A stretch of DNA of 25,756 nucleotides, from assembly GCA_040218735.1 (NCBI GenBank), contig JAVJQW010000053.1:1-25756 (forward strand), read 5' to 3'. Source of the stretch: Deltaproteobacteria bacterium. Lineage in GTDB: Bacteria > Myxococcota > Kuafuiibacteriia > Kuafuiibacteriales > Kuafuiibacteriaceae. The translations under genes and the position numbers were made by a program. Positions 1 through 7,878 of the stretch are shown here, one piece after another. A model generated the notes under the pieces. It was not told the DNA's origin. It saw only the letters and a list, made by a program, of their open reading frames with translations, and made no database searches. The stretch's first letter is position 1. Every line of letters starts with the position of its first letter.

Positions 1-122
1 TAATGCAGCAACTCAAGAGACCACCGGTAAGCCGTGTGCGGGAAATCCGCACGCACGGTTTGAAAGGGGGTCTTGATTCACTCTTCCGCCGAACGGCGGC
101 AAAGGAATAAGGATCTACCAAT
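1..122 (+). mobile_element. 3' end of a group II intron (domains V and VI); the rest, including any intron-encoded RT, lies upstream of the window
   Basis: Domain V at 29-61 (AAGCCGTGTGCGGGAAATCCGCACGCACGGTTT) with AGC triad at 30-32, GAAA-containing loop and AC bulge at 51-52. Domain VI: GG-GGGTCTT (66-74) pairs with AGGATCT-[A]-CC (110-119), bulged A117, inner hairpin CCGCC-GAAC-GGCGG (86-99), terminal ...CTACCAAT. Exact 3' splice site (122) is inferred. Confidence 0.9.
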
Positions 123-1113
123 GAGCCCGAACGCTTGCAACTTATCTTGCATGACCCAGAGCGATCTCCTGAGCGGACTTCGCGAAGCGCTTCGCGCGGA
201 GCTGAATAGCGGTGTGCAGGCGCTCCGGTTCATGGCGGAGATCGAGCGGCGCAAGCTCTACGTCGAGCGCGGCTTCAGCTCGCTGTTTCGGTTATGCGTC
301 GAGGGACTCGGGCTGACCGAGGACCAGGCGTGCCGGCGCGTCGCCGTGGTGCGCGCGGCGCGGCGGGTGCCCGAGGTCTTCCAGATGATCGCGAACGGGG
401 AGCTGCACATGACGGGCGTCGCGAAGCTCTCCAAGTTCATGAACGACGACAACGCCCACAGCCTCGTCGAACAGGCGAAGAACAAGTCCAAGGCCGAGGT
501 CGAGATGCTGATCGCTACCGAGTTCCCCGGAGCGAAGAGCTCTGACGACCGCGTCGAGGCGGCGACGCCCGACACGTTCGCTTTTCACTTCGACGGGAGC
601 GCCGAAGCGAAGGCGCTCTTGGAGCGAGCCAAGGAGCTCACCCCGCCTGGGACGGACATCGGGGAGATCTTCGAAGCGGCGCTCTCGCTCTACGTGGAGA
701 AGCTGGAGAGGAGGAAGAACGGAAAGACGAGTCGTCCGCGATCGAGACCCGCCGAGGATGCGCCGGCGGGCGCAGCGTACGTCCCCGCGGCAACGCGCCG
801 CGCGGTGGTGGAGCGCGACGGCGCGCAGTGCACCTACGTGAGCCCGGACGGTCGGCGATGCAGCGAACGGTCGAACCTCGAATTCGATCATGTGGGCGGC
901 CGCGCGCTGGGGGCCAGGAGCGTGGTCGGCGAGCTCCGCTTGCTGTGTCGCGCGCACAACCTTCACGCGGCGCGGGAGGTGTTGGGGCACGCCCTCATCG
1001 ATCGGAGGATTCACGAGCGCCGCTCCACCCAGCCCAGGCAAGGCGCGTGTCCCGAGCGTCCGCGGCGTGAAGCGCATCCGACGCCACCGGCCCGTGCGGA
1101 GGGCAGCTCGTGA
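121..1113 (+). CDS. HNH endonuclease-family protein with N-terminal helical DUF222-like region (myxobacterial mobile HNH type), about 330 aa
   Basis: N-terminal AEIERRKLYVERGFSSLFRLCVEGLGLTEDQACRR motif; C-terminal RRAVVERDGAQCTYVSPDGRRC...LEFDH...LRLLCRAHN. Start taken at ATG121 (AAGGA 7 nt upstream); ATG151 is an alternative; the track's TTG73 lies inside the intron. Confidence 0.8.
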   Translation: MSPNACNLSCMTQSDLLSGLREALRAELNSGVQALRFMAEIERRKLYVERGFSSLFRLCVEGLGLTEDQACRRVAVVRAARRVPEVFQMIANGELHMTGVAKLSKFMNDDNAHSLVEQAKNKSKAEVEMLIATEFPGAKSSDDRVEAATPDTFAFHFDGSAEAKALLERAKELTPPGTDIGEIFEAALSLYVEKLERRKNGKTSRPRSRPAEDAPAGAAYVPAATRRAVVERDGAQCTYVSPDGRRCSERSNLEFDHVGGRALGARSVVGELRLLCRAHNLHAAREVLGHALIDRRIHERRSTQPRQGACPERPRREAHPTPPARAEGSS

Positions 1114-1306
1114 GAGCGATACCAGCCGGTGTTCGAGAGTGCGGCCCTCCTTCGGAGCACTGCGCTCCGCTGACTCCCCGCCTTCACCAGCCCGGCGAAA
1201 CGGCGCACGAGGGACGAATCGCTCCGCGGCGCCGGCGCGCTGCCCTACGTCGAGGCGCCCCTCGCCGCCTGATGGGGGCTCGAGGCAGGCCCGCTGCACG
1301 GGACGG

Positions 1307-1355
1307 CTTGGCGCAGTCCTCAGGCCCGCCGCATTCGTGCCGGGCTTCGGCTTAG
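1307..1355 (+). repeat. Degenerate partial copy (3' 49 nt) of the 83-nt double-hairpin repeat
   Basis: CTTGGCGCAGTCCTCAGGCCCGCCGCATTCGTGCCGGGCTTCGGCTTAG aligns without gaps to 1397-1445 and 2918-2966. Confidence 0.8.
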
Positions 1356-1362
1356 GCCTCAT

Positions 1363-1445
1363 CTAGACCATAACGGTCCCTCGCTTCGCGAGTGACCTTG
1401 GCACAGTCCTCAGACCCGCCGCATTCGCGGCGGGCTTCGACCTAG
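1363..1445 (+). repeat. 83-nt CTAG-bounded double-hairpin intergenic repeat (REP/MITE-like), copy A
   Basis: CTAG at 1363-1366 and 1442-1445; hairpins CTCGC-TTC-GCGAG (1380-1392) and CCCGCCGC-ATTC-GCGGCGGG (1415-1434); ungapped match to 2884-2966. Confidence 0.85.
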
Positions 1446-1563
1446 CCCACGAGCCCGGACGGGTCCGACATCGCGCGGCGAAATGCCTCGTGCGTGGCGC
1501 GCGGGAGGTCCGAAGCGTGCCGGGACCGCACGCTCCTGCGAGCGCGTGCCGTACCGTACGCGG

Positions 1564-1579
1564 TGGCACGAACGATGCT
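1564..1579 (+). promoter_or_regulatory. Putative sigma54 (-24/-12) promoter for the csbD-like gene
   Basis: TGGCACGAACGATGCT with correct GG-N10-GC spacing, about 30 nt upstream of ATG1609. Confidence 0.7.
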
Positions 1580-1608
1580 CTTCCAAATGCGCAGAAGGAG
1601 ACTACGCA

Positions 1609-1806
1609 ATGAATTGGAAGATCATCGAAGGCAAATGGGATCAGTACAAAGGGAAGGCGCGCCAGAAGTGGGGCAAGCTGACCAACGATGACATGGATAG
1701 CGTGAAGGGGCGTCGTGACGAGCTCATCGGGCGCATCCGCGAACGCTACGGCATCGCAAAGGACAAGGCCGAGGCCGAGGTCGACGGCTGGATGAGCTCG
1801 ATCTGA
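1609..1806 (+). CDS. csbD: CsbD/YjbJ family stress protein, 65 aa
   Basis: MNWKIIEGKWDQYKGKARQKWGKLTNDDMDSVKGRRDELIGRIRERYG is the family pattern; RBS AAGGAG at 1595-1600. Confidence 0.92.
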   Translation: MNWKIIEGKWDQYKGKARQKWGKLTNDDMDSVKGRRDELIGRIRERYGIAKDKAEAEVDGWMSSI

Positions 1807-1942
1807 TCGAACCGCCGCGCGGCGCCGCTCGCCGACCGACATGAACATCGGATGTGTCGGCGGCGACGAGTTGGTGCCGAGCCGGGCGCTGTAAACCAAC
1901 CGTAAGCGATCGTCCTGGGGGACCCGTGCGACAACATCTGGG

Positions 1943-2887
1943 ATGTCGCACTCTCCCGTCACCAGCTCACCCGACTTCGACCTCTGGCGCCTGATGTTCG
2001 GCGCGCAGGGCCCGATGCCGTTCGGGCCGGAGCAGGACAGCATCGCGATCGACGAGCTCCCCGATGAGCTGCAGGCCGTCGTCCGGGCGGACCCCAGCAA
2101 GTTCGCCGAGGGCGACGTCGACATGATCGACACCGAGAACGAGCTGCGCGCGCTGCTCGACGAGGCGCTCGGCATGGACGCGCGCGGGCTCCCCACGCAG
2201 CCGGGCGAGGCGCTGCAGGATCTCGACGCCCAGGAGCTCATGGCGCTGCTCATCGACTGGATCGCGAACGGGCGTCACCAGCAGGGCCAGCAGCAACCGG
2301 GCCGCGATCTCGGGCCGCTCGGCGGACAGCAGTTCGCGGGCGCGCCGCAGCCGACCAGCTTCAACGGCGGCGGCGGCGTTCCGCACGGCGGCGGCGGCGG
2401 CGGTGGACCTTCGGGCGGCGGAGCCGCGCCGCCGACGAGCCCCGCCAACTTCACGCCGAGCAACGGGGGTGTGCAGGGCACGGCGGACGTCGGCAGCCTG
2501 CAGAACCTCAGCGCCGATCAGATCGAGAACGCGCAGACGATCATCCGCGTCGGACGTGAGATGGGCGCGAGTGATCGCGACATCCAGATCGCGCTGATGA
2601 CCGCGATGCAGGAGTCGACGCTCCGCAACCTCAACCACGGTGACCGCGACTCGCTCGGCCTGTTCCAGCAGCGCCCGAGCCAGGGCTGGGGCTCACCCGA
2701 GCAGGTCACGAACCCGGAGTACGCGGCCGGTAAGTTCTACGAGCGTCTGCTGGGCATCGGTAACCGCGACCAGATGCGGCTCACCGAGGCGGCCCAGGCG
2801 GTGCAGATCAGCGCGTACCCGGAAGCGTACGCGAAGCACGAGGGCCTCGCGGCGGCGATCATGCAGGAGTACGGCAACGTCGCCTAG
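1943..2887 (+). CDS. Acidic Gly/Gln-rich N-terminus fused to a lysozyme-like/lytic transglycosylase-like domain, 314 aa
   Basis: C-terminal IALMTAMQESTLRNLNHGDRDSLGLFQQRPSQGWG...AAQAVQISAYP motif (QES putative catalytic Glu, GLFQ); no signal peptide; poly-Gly linker. Confidence 0.75.
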   Translation: MSHSPVTSSPDFDLWRLMFGAQGPMPFGPEQDSIAIDELPDELQAVVRADPSKFAEGDVDMIDTENELRALLDEALGMDARGLPTQPGEALQDLDAQELMALLIDWIANGRHQQGQQQPGRDLGPLGGQQFAGAPQPTSFNGGGGVPHGGGGGGGPSGGGAAPPTSPANFTPSNGGVQGTADVGSLQNLSADQIENAQTIIRVGREMGASDRDIQIALMTAMQESTLRNLNHGDRDSLGLFQQRPSQGWGSPEQVTNPEYAAGKFYERLLGIGNRDQMRLTEAAQAVQISAYPEAYAKHEGLAAAIMQEYGNVA

Positions 2888-2966
2888 GCCGTAACGCCGC
2901 TCCGCTTCGCGGACCGCCTCGGCACAGTCTTCGGACCGGCCGCATCCGCGGCCGGCCTCAGCCTAG
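2884..2966 (+). repeat. 83-nt CTAG-bounded double-hairpin intergenic repeat, copy B
   Basis: CTAG at 2884-2887 and 2963-2966; hairpins TCCGC-TTC-GCGGA (2901-2913) and CCGGCCGC-ATCC-GCGGCCGG (2936-2955); fills the whole gap between two convergent genes. Confidence 0.85.
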
Positions 2967-4081
2967 ATCACCGCTTCGATCGCGGCGAGCGCGAGGGCGA
3001 CGTTCTTCTCACACGCAGACGTACCCATCAGGCCGATGCGCCACACCTTCCCGGCGAGGTCGCCGAGCCCGCCGCCGATCTCCAGACCGAAGCGATCCAG
3101 GAGCGCGCGCCGCGTCGCGGCGTCGTCGACGCCTTCGGGGAAGCGCACCGCGTTGAGCTGCGGGAGGCGGTACTCGGCGTCGACCACGTACGTGAGGCCG
3201 AGCTTCTCGAGGCCCGCGGCGAGCTGCTCGTGGTAGCGGCGGTGCCGCGCCCACGACGCTTCGAGGCCCTCCTCGAACAACATCACGAGCGACTCGTGCA
3301 GACCGTAGATCGCGTTGACCGGCGCGGTGTGGTGGTAGCTCCGCTTCGCGCCCGAGCCCCAGTAACCCATCACGAGCGTCGTATCGAGGAACCAGCTCTG
3401 CACCGGTGTCTTGCGCGCCTTCACGGCTTCGACGGCGCGGTCCGAGAACGTCACCGGTGACAGGCCGGGCGGCGCCGAGAGGCACTTCTGCGAGCCGGAG
3501 TAGACGGCGTCGAGTTGCCAGCCATCGACGTCGAGCTCGATGCCGCCGAGGCTCGTCACGGTGTCGACGATCGCGAGCGCGTCGTGGCGGTGCGCGATCT
3601 CCGCGAGTGTCTTCGCGTCCGAGCGCGCGCCGGTGGAAGTTTCGGCGTGCACGAACGCGAGCGCCTTCGCGCCGGGGTTCGCCTTCAGGGCGCCCTCGAC
3701 CTTGTTCGGATCGACGGGCGCCCCCCACGGGTCTTCGACGACGACGGCCTTCGCGCCGCAGCGCTCGACGATCGCCTTCATGCGCCCCCCGAACACACCG
3801 TTGATCGCGACGACCACCGTGTCGCCCGGCTCGACGAGGTTCACGAGGCACATCTCCATGCCCGCGCTGCCCGGCGCGGACACGGGCATCGTCAGTGCGT
3901 TGTTCGTCTTGAACGCGCGACGGAGGAGGGCCTGCACGTCGTCCATCAGCGAAACGAAGCTCGGGTCGAGGTGCCCGACGGTCGGCCGCGCGCAGGCCGC
4001 GAGGACGCGGGGGTGCACGTCGGAGGGCCCAGGGCCCATGAGCGTTCGGATCGGCGGCTGGAAGGATTGCGGCGTGGTCAT
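2963..4081 (-). CDS. Alanine-glyoxylate/serine-pyruvate aminotransferase (class V, PLP-dependent)
   Basis: LMGPGPS, VHAETSTG, IVDTVTSLGG, YSGSQKCLSAPPG (PLP Lys), YHHT, WRIGLMG. Confidence 0.95.
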   Translation of the reverse strand: MTTPQSFQPPIRTLMGPGPSDVHPRVLAACARPTVGHLDPSFVSLMDDVQALLRRAFKTNNALTMPVSAPGSAGMEMCLVNLVEPGDTVVVAINGVFGGRMKAIVERCGAKAVVVEDPWGAPVDPNKVEGALKANPGAKALAFVHAETSTGARSDAKTLAEIAHRHDALAIVDTVTSLGGIELDVDGWQLDAVYSGSQKCLSAPPGLSPVTFSDRAVEAVKARKTPVQSWFLDTTLVMGYWGSGAKRSYHHTAPVNAIYGLHESLVMLFEEGLEASWARHRRYHEQLAAGLEKLGLTYVVDAEYRLPQLNAVRFPEGVDDAATRRALLDRFGLEIGGGLGDLAGKVWRIGLMGTSACEKNVALALAAIEAVI

Positions 4082-4134
4082 CGCCTCGTCGGGTACCGCG
4101 GCCCTCCGGGCGACGCAAGGCGTTGAACACCTAC

Positions 4135-5142
4135 CTACGCGGAGAGCAGCGCCTGGATCTCGTCCATGACGAGGTCGTCGGAGTCCGGGCGCGCCGCGAC
4201 CTCGGCCGCGTGGTCGGCCGACTCGCGTTGTCGCCTCAGCGCTTCGACGTCGGCCGCGAGGAGTCCGTCAGCGCAGCGGACGAGGGCCTGCGAGCAGTCG
4301 TCGTAGGGGTGCGACAGCAACACGGGCTTTCGTGCGTTGATCGAGTCGGCGATCAGTCGGTTGAAGCGGAGGTTCCCGAGGAGGGTCGCGTCCACCGAGA
4401 GGAAGTCGTGGAACATGCGCGACACCGCGACGAGCGTCCCGCGATCCTTGGGCGCGATGATCTGGTTGCCGATCAGGTAGGCGCCGAACGTCTCCACGCG
4501 TCGTCGCGCCATCGTCGCGACGTGGGGATCGAAGCGCTCGAGCTGCGCGAGGATGTCCTCGACGCGGTCGGTCTCGGACGTCGGGACCAGGTCGTCGACG
4601 AGGTCCTGGCGGCCGATCTTCTTCGCGGCGTCGCGGATCGATCGGTACACCGCCGCCTTCAGGAACGCGTACGCGTTCTGGAACGAAGTGAGCTGCGGGA
4701 GCAGCACCACGACGCGGAGATCCGCGAGCGTGTACAGATCGACGACGTTGTACGCGATGCCAGCGCCGACATCGATGACGACGACGTCCGCGTCGAGCCC
4801 CTCGATGCGACGCATGAGCTTCTGCTTCTGCGCGTGTGCGATGTTTGCTGCGCCCGGTATCGCACCGCACCCCGCGATGAGCGAGAGGTTCGGGACACCG
4901 ACGTCGAGGAGGAGCGGTTCGAGGTCGTCGACCTCCTTCGCGAAGAGCGCCTGCAGCGAGAGGTGCACGCGGTCGAAGCCGAACAGCGTGTGTTGGTTGG
5001 CGGCGCCGAGGTCGGCGTCGATCAAGACCGTGCGCTGCCCCGCCTGCGCGAACGCGACGGCGAGGTTCGATGCGACGAGGCTCTTGCCGACCCCGCCCTT
5101 GCCACCGCCGATGGCGATGATGCGCTTCGCGCGACGGACCAT
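4135..5142 (-). CDS. MinD/ParA-family ATPase, FlhG/FleN-like
   Basis: Deviant Walker A GGGKGGVGKS, IDADLGAAN, VVVIDVGAG, TSFQNAYAFLK. Confidence 0.88.
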   Translation of the reverse strand: MVRRAKRIIAIGGGKGGVGKSLVASNLAVAFAQAGQRTVLIDADLGAANQHTLFGFDRVHLSLQALFAKEVDDLEPLLLDVGVPNLSLIAGCGAIPGAANIAHAQKQKLMRRIEGLDADVVVIDVGAGIAYNVVDLYTLADLRVVVLLPQLTSFQNAYAFLKAAVYRSIRDAAKKIGRQDLVDDLVPTSETDRVEDILAQLERFDPHVATMARRRVETFGAYLIGNQIIAPKDRGTLVAVSRMFHDFLSVDATLLGNLRFNRLIADSINARKPVLLSHPYDDCSQALVRCADGLLAADVEALRRQRESADHAAEVAARPDSDDLVMDEIQALLSA

Positions 5143-5154
5143 GGCGAGGTGACC

Positions 5155-6006
5155 TCAGTCCTCCGCGTTGTCGACGCGGTCGCGGACGGCCGTGACGATC
5201 TCGGCGAGCGCTCCGGCGTCGATGCCGAGCGACTGCGCGGACTCTTCGTACTCGAGCTCGACGTCCTCTTCGACGGGGCACCCGGCGCCGACGGCGTGGC
5301 AGACGCGGTTGGCGAGGTGGACGATGTCGACGAGGCTCTTGCTCTGCGGCGCGAGGCTGTCCACGAGCTCGATGTCGTGGTGGTAGAACACCGCGTGTTC
5401 GAGGGAGTCGGAGAGGTTCCAGCGGCCGACGAGGAGACCGCCGACGTCGGTGTGGGTGAAGCCGAAGAGGCGCTGCTCGGCCTCCGGGCTCTCGATGCCC
5501 TCGTTCTCGGCGATGGTGTCGGCCTCGGCGAGTTTGTCGCGCGCGCCGTTGTTCATGACGACGCGACCGACGTCGTGCATCAGGCCGGCGACGAACGCTT
5601 CGTCCTGCGCGACCCCGGCGGCCTTGGCGATCTCCTCGGCGGCGGTTGCGCACGCGATGGCGTGGATCCACAGCGCGCGCTCGCGGTCGCCGTAGCGCTT
5701 GTAGATGCCGCGGCAGGCGGCGGAGATGACGAGGTTCTTGAGGCCGTCGAAGCCCATCACCATCGCGGCCTGCGACAGGCTCTTGATCTCGCGCGGGAGG
5801 GCGTACAGCGCGGAGTTCGCGACCTTGAGGATCCGCGCGGTCAGACCCGGGTCCTCCTGCAGGATGTTCGCGAGATCACGTGCGGTGACGTTCTCGTTCT
5901 GCATGGCGCGCAGCGCCTTCGATGCGACGACCGGGATCGTGGGGATCTCCAGGTTCGATTCGATCAACTGCGCGATCTGCTTGGGGTTGGGCTTGACGGC
6001 GACCAT
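5155..6006 (-). CDS. HDOD domain protein
   Basis: IPTIP, DPGLTARILKVANSALY, LWIHAIACA, AFVAGLMHDVGR, EQRLFGFTH..VG..L...W. ATG6006 chosen; GTG6024 is an alternative. Confidence 0.92.
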   Translation of the reverse strand: MVAVKPNPKQIAQLIESNLEIPTIPVVASKALRAMQNENVTARDLANILQEDPGLTARILKVANSALYALPREIKSLSQAAMVMGFDGLKNLVISAACRGIYKRYGDRERALWIHAIACATAAEEIAKAAGVAQDEAFVAGLMHDVGRVVMNNGARDKLAEADTIAENEGIESPEAEQRLFGFTHTDVGGLLVGRWNLSDSLEHAVFYHHDIELVDSLAPQSKSLVDIVHLANRVCHAVGAGCPVEEDVELEYEESAQSLGIDAGALAEIVTAVRDRVDNAED

Positions 6007-6119
6007 GGAACTCACTTGCGGCACTCGTCATCGTCCATCGGCCAGATTCGAGGCACCTGAAGTGAAGAAGCGTCTCGGGTTGGAGTAACTTTTTGGCGCG
6101 GTCTGTCATAGATAGGGTG

Positions 6120-6611
6120 ATGATGAAGCGCAGCCTGGCACTGTTGGTCGGACTCGCCGCCGTGGGGCTCTTCGTGGCCGTCGATGGCTTCACCGAGCCC
6201 AAAGGACCGAAGAGGGAATACGCCGTGAAGAAGACCGACGATCAGTGGAAGAAGGAGCTGTCGAGCGACCAGTTCCGCATCCTGCGGGAGAAGGGCACCG
6301 AGCGTGCGTTCACCGGTGCGTACTGGGACCACAAGGAGCACGGCGTGTACAAGTGCGCCGGATGTGGGCAGGCGCTGTTCTCGTCCGACCACAAGTTCAA
6401 ATCCGGGACGGGGTGGCCCAGCTACTTCCAGCCGATCGATGCGAAGGCCGTGGTGACGGAGTCCGACACGAAGTTCGGGATGGTCCGCACCGAGATCCTC
6501 TGCTCGCGCTGCGGCGGCCACCTCGGCCACGTGTTCGAGGACGGCCCGGAGCCGACGGGGCTCCGCTACTGCGTGAACTCGGCGTCGCTGGACTTCGACA
6601 AGAAGAAGTAG
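6120..6611 (+). CDS. msrB: Peptide-methionine (R)-S-oxide reductase with N-terminal signal peptide
   Basis: [16 protein letters not shown] Zn ligands, [24 protein letters not shown]; leader [20 protein letters not shown]. Confidence 0.95.
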   Translation: MMKRSLALLVGLAAVGLFVAVDGFTEPKGPKREYAVKKTDDQWKKELSSDQFRILREKGTERAFTGAYWDHKEHGVYKCAGCGQALFSSDHKFKSGTGWPSYFQPIDAKAVVTESDTKFGMVRTEILCSRCGGHLGHVFEDGPEPTGLRYCVNSASLDFDKKK

Positions 6612-6615
6612 CGCG

Positions 6616-7878
6616 TCACTTCTTGGCGCGGATGACGAACCCGAGCGCGCCGTTGCTCGCCTGGTTCGTCTCCAGCCACCCCTTCAGCCAGCCGTCCTCG
6701 TGACCGCGGGCGGCTTGGTTCTCGCCGACCGCCGTCTGCCAGGCCGTGTACATCGGGTTGAGATCGATGACCTCGATCTTGTCGCGGTCGAAGCCGGCCG
6801 CGACGAGCTGCTCGACGTAACTCTCGGCGTTGATGCCGGTGGGGCGGACGTCCATCGATGCGTTTTCGCCGGACCAGCCCATGTCTTCATCGAAGTCGTC
6901 GGTGAGCTTCTTCCAGTCCGCGTCGGACATCCCGTCGGGGCGGGTGCTCGGGACGTACGCCTTGAAGACAAACGCACCGCCGTCCTTCAGCCCGTCGTAC
7001 GCGCGGTCGAACACGGCCTGGCGGTCTTCGACGTAGTGGATGCCGTCGGCGTCGGTGCCGGTGATGGCGTCGAGTGAGCCGGGCTCCACGTCGATGCGCG
7101 AGATGCTCTGGTTCACGACGCGGACACGATCGTCGAGGCCGGACTCGGCGAGTTTGCGCTGCGCGACCGCGCTGGCGGCGTCGCTCACCTCGTAGCACGT
7201 CACGTCGGCGCCGTGCTGCTGGGCGAAGTAACGCGGCACGCCGCCTTCGCCCGAGCAGAGGTCCAGCACCTTCGCGCCCGGCTTCAGCCCCGCGAGCTGC
7301 GCGACGAGCTCCGACGCGACGATGCCGCCGGGGTGCAGGTGCTCACGAGGGTGGACGCCACGTTCGATCGCGGCCTTTAGCGCGGGGCCGACGTCGATCG
7401 GAAGGCCCGCGGTGAGCTGCTGGAGCGTGACCGTGCCCGGTCCGCCGTTGCCGAGCACGATGCGCGGGAAGTCGGTCGCGAGTCGTGCGTGTTGTCCGTC
7501 CCAGACGCCGGACACTTCGCCGGGCGGCAGCTTCACGCCGGGGGGGAGGCCGGCCTTCGCGCGACCGACGACGTCGCCGAGCCGCCCGAGCTTCGCGAGG
7601 ACGGCGCTCTCGGTCATCGCGGCCTTGTCGAGGCCGACCGAGAACGCGAGCTGTCCGAGGAAGCGGTCCGCCGCCTCGGCGGGGGCCTGCTCCCACGACT
7701 TCAGCTGCGCGAGCGCGCCGCGCGCGGCGACCGGATCGAGCGCGAGCAGCTCGAGGGCCTGGGCGGTCCCGAGGTGCACGTCCTTCGCGCTCGCGGCGTC
7801 GCCCTTGTTTGCAATCGAGCGGGCGACTTGCAACATGACTTGCAGCTGCATCGGATCGTTCGCGAGGTTCGTCTTCAT
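6616..7878 (-). CDS. Class I SAM-dependent methyltransferase with about 165-aa N-terminal extension
   Basis: HLHPGG, VLDLCSGEGG (motif I), VTCYEVS, LKDGGAFVF; resembles phosphoethanolamine/sarcosine N-methyltransferase-type enzymes; substrate unknown. Confidence 0.8.
   Translation of the reverse strand: MKTNLANDPMQLQVMLQVARSIANKGDAASAKDVHLGTAQALELLALDPVAARGALAQLKSWEQAPAEAADRFLGQLAFSVGLDKAAMTESAVLAKLGRLGDVVGRAKAGLPPGVKLPPGEVSGVWDGQHARLATDFPRIVLGNGGPGTVTLQQLTAGLPIDVGPALKAAIERGVHPREHLHPGGIVASELVAQLAGLKPGAKVLDLCSGEGGVPRYFAQQHGADVTCYEVSDAASAVAQRKLAESGLDDRVRVVNQSISRIDVEPGSLDAITGTDADGIHYVEDRQAVFDRAYDGLKDGGAFVFKAYVPSTRPDGMSDADWKKLTDDFDEDMGWSGENASMDVRPTGINAESYVEQLVAAGFDRDKIEVIDLNPMYTAWQTAVGENQAARGHEDGWLKGWLETNQASNGALGFVIRAKK

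Noticed and set aside
73-120. N-terminal extension of the HNH ORF from TTG73
   Set aside because: Lies within intron domain VI.
1307-1445. CRISPR array (two similar units 90 nt apart)
   Set aside because: Only two adjacent, diverged units; the apparent spacer is part of the 83-nt element also found at 2884; no cas genes.
1829-1866. Intrinsic terminator after the csbD-like gene
   Set aside because: An imperfect stem is present but there is no U-tract and the loop is large; not supportable as a terminator.
292-2253. Long minus-strand ORFs 292-1362 and 1363-2253
   Set aside because: Shadow frames of the HNH, csbD-like and transglycosylase-like genes; their shared NAAGLRT peptide is just the translated DNA repeat.
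1363-2966. Integron attC sites flanking gene cassettes
   Set aside because: TAAC is present near the left end, but there is no matching GTTRRRY at the right end, the fold is two separate hairpins rather than one long one, and no integrase is visible.
4123-6060. 645-aa plus-strand ORF (and similar antisense ORFs at 14652-16373, 16231-17334, 21475-22944)
   Set aside because: Antisense to well-supported genes; typical of high-GC codon bias; no motifs.
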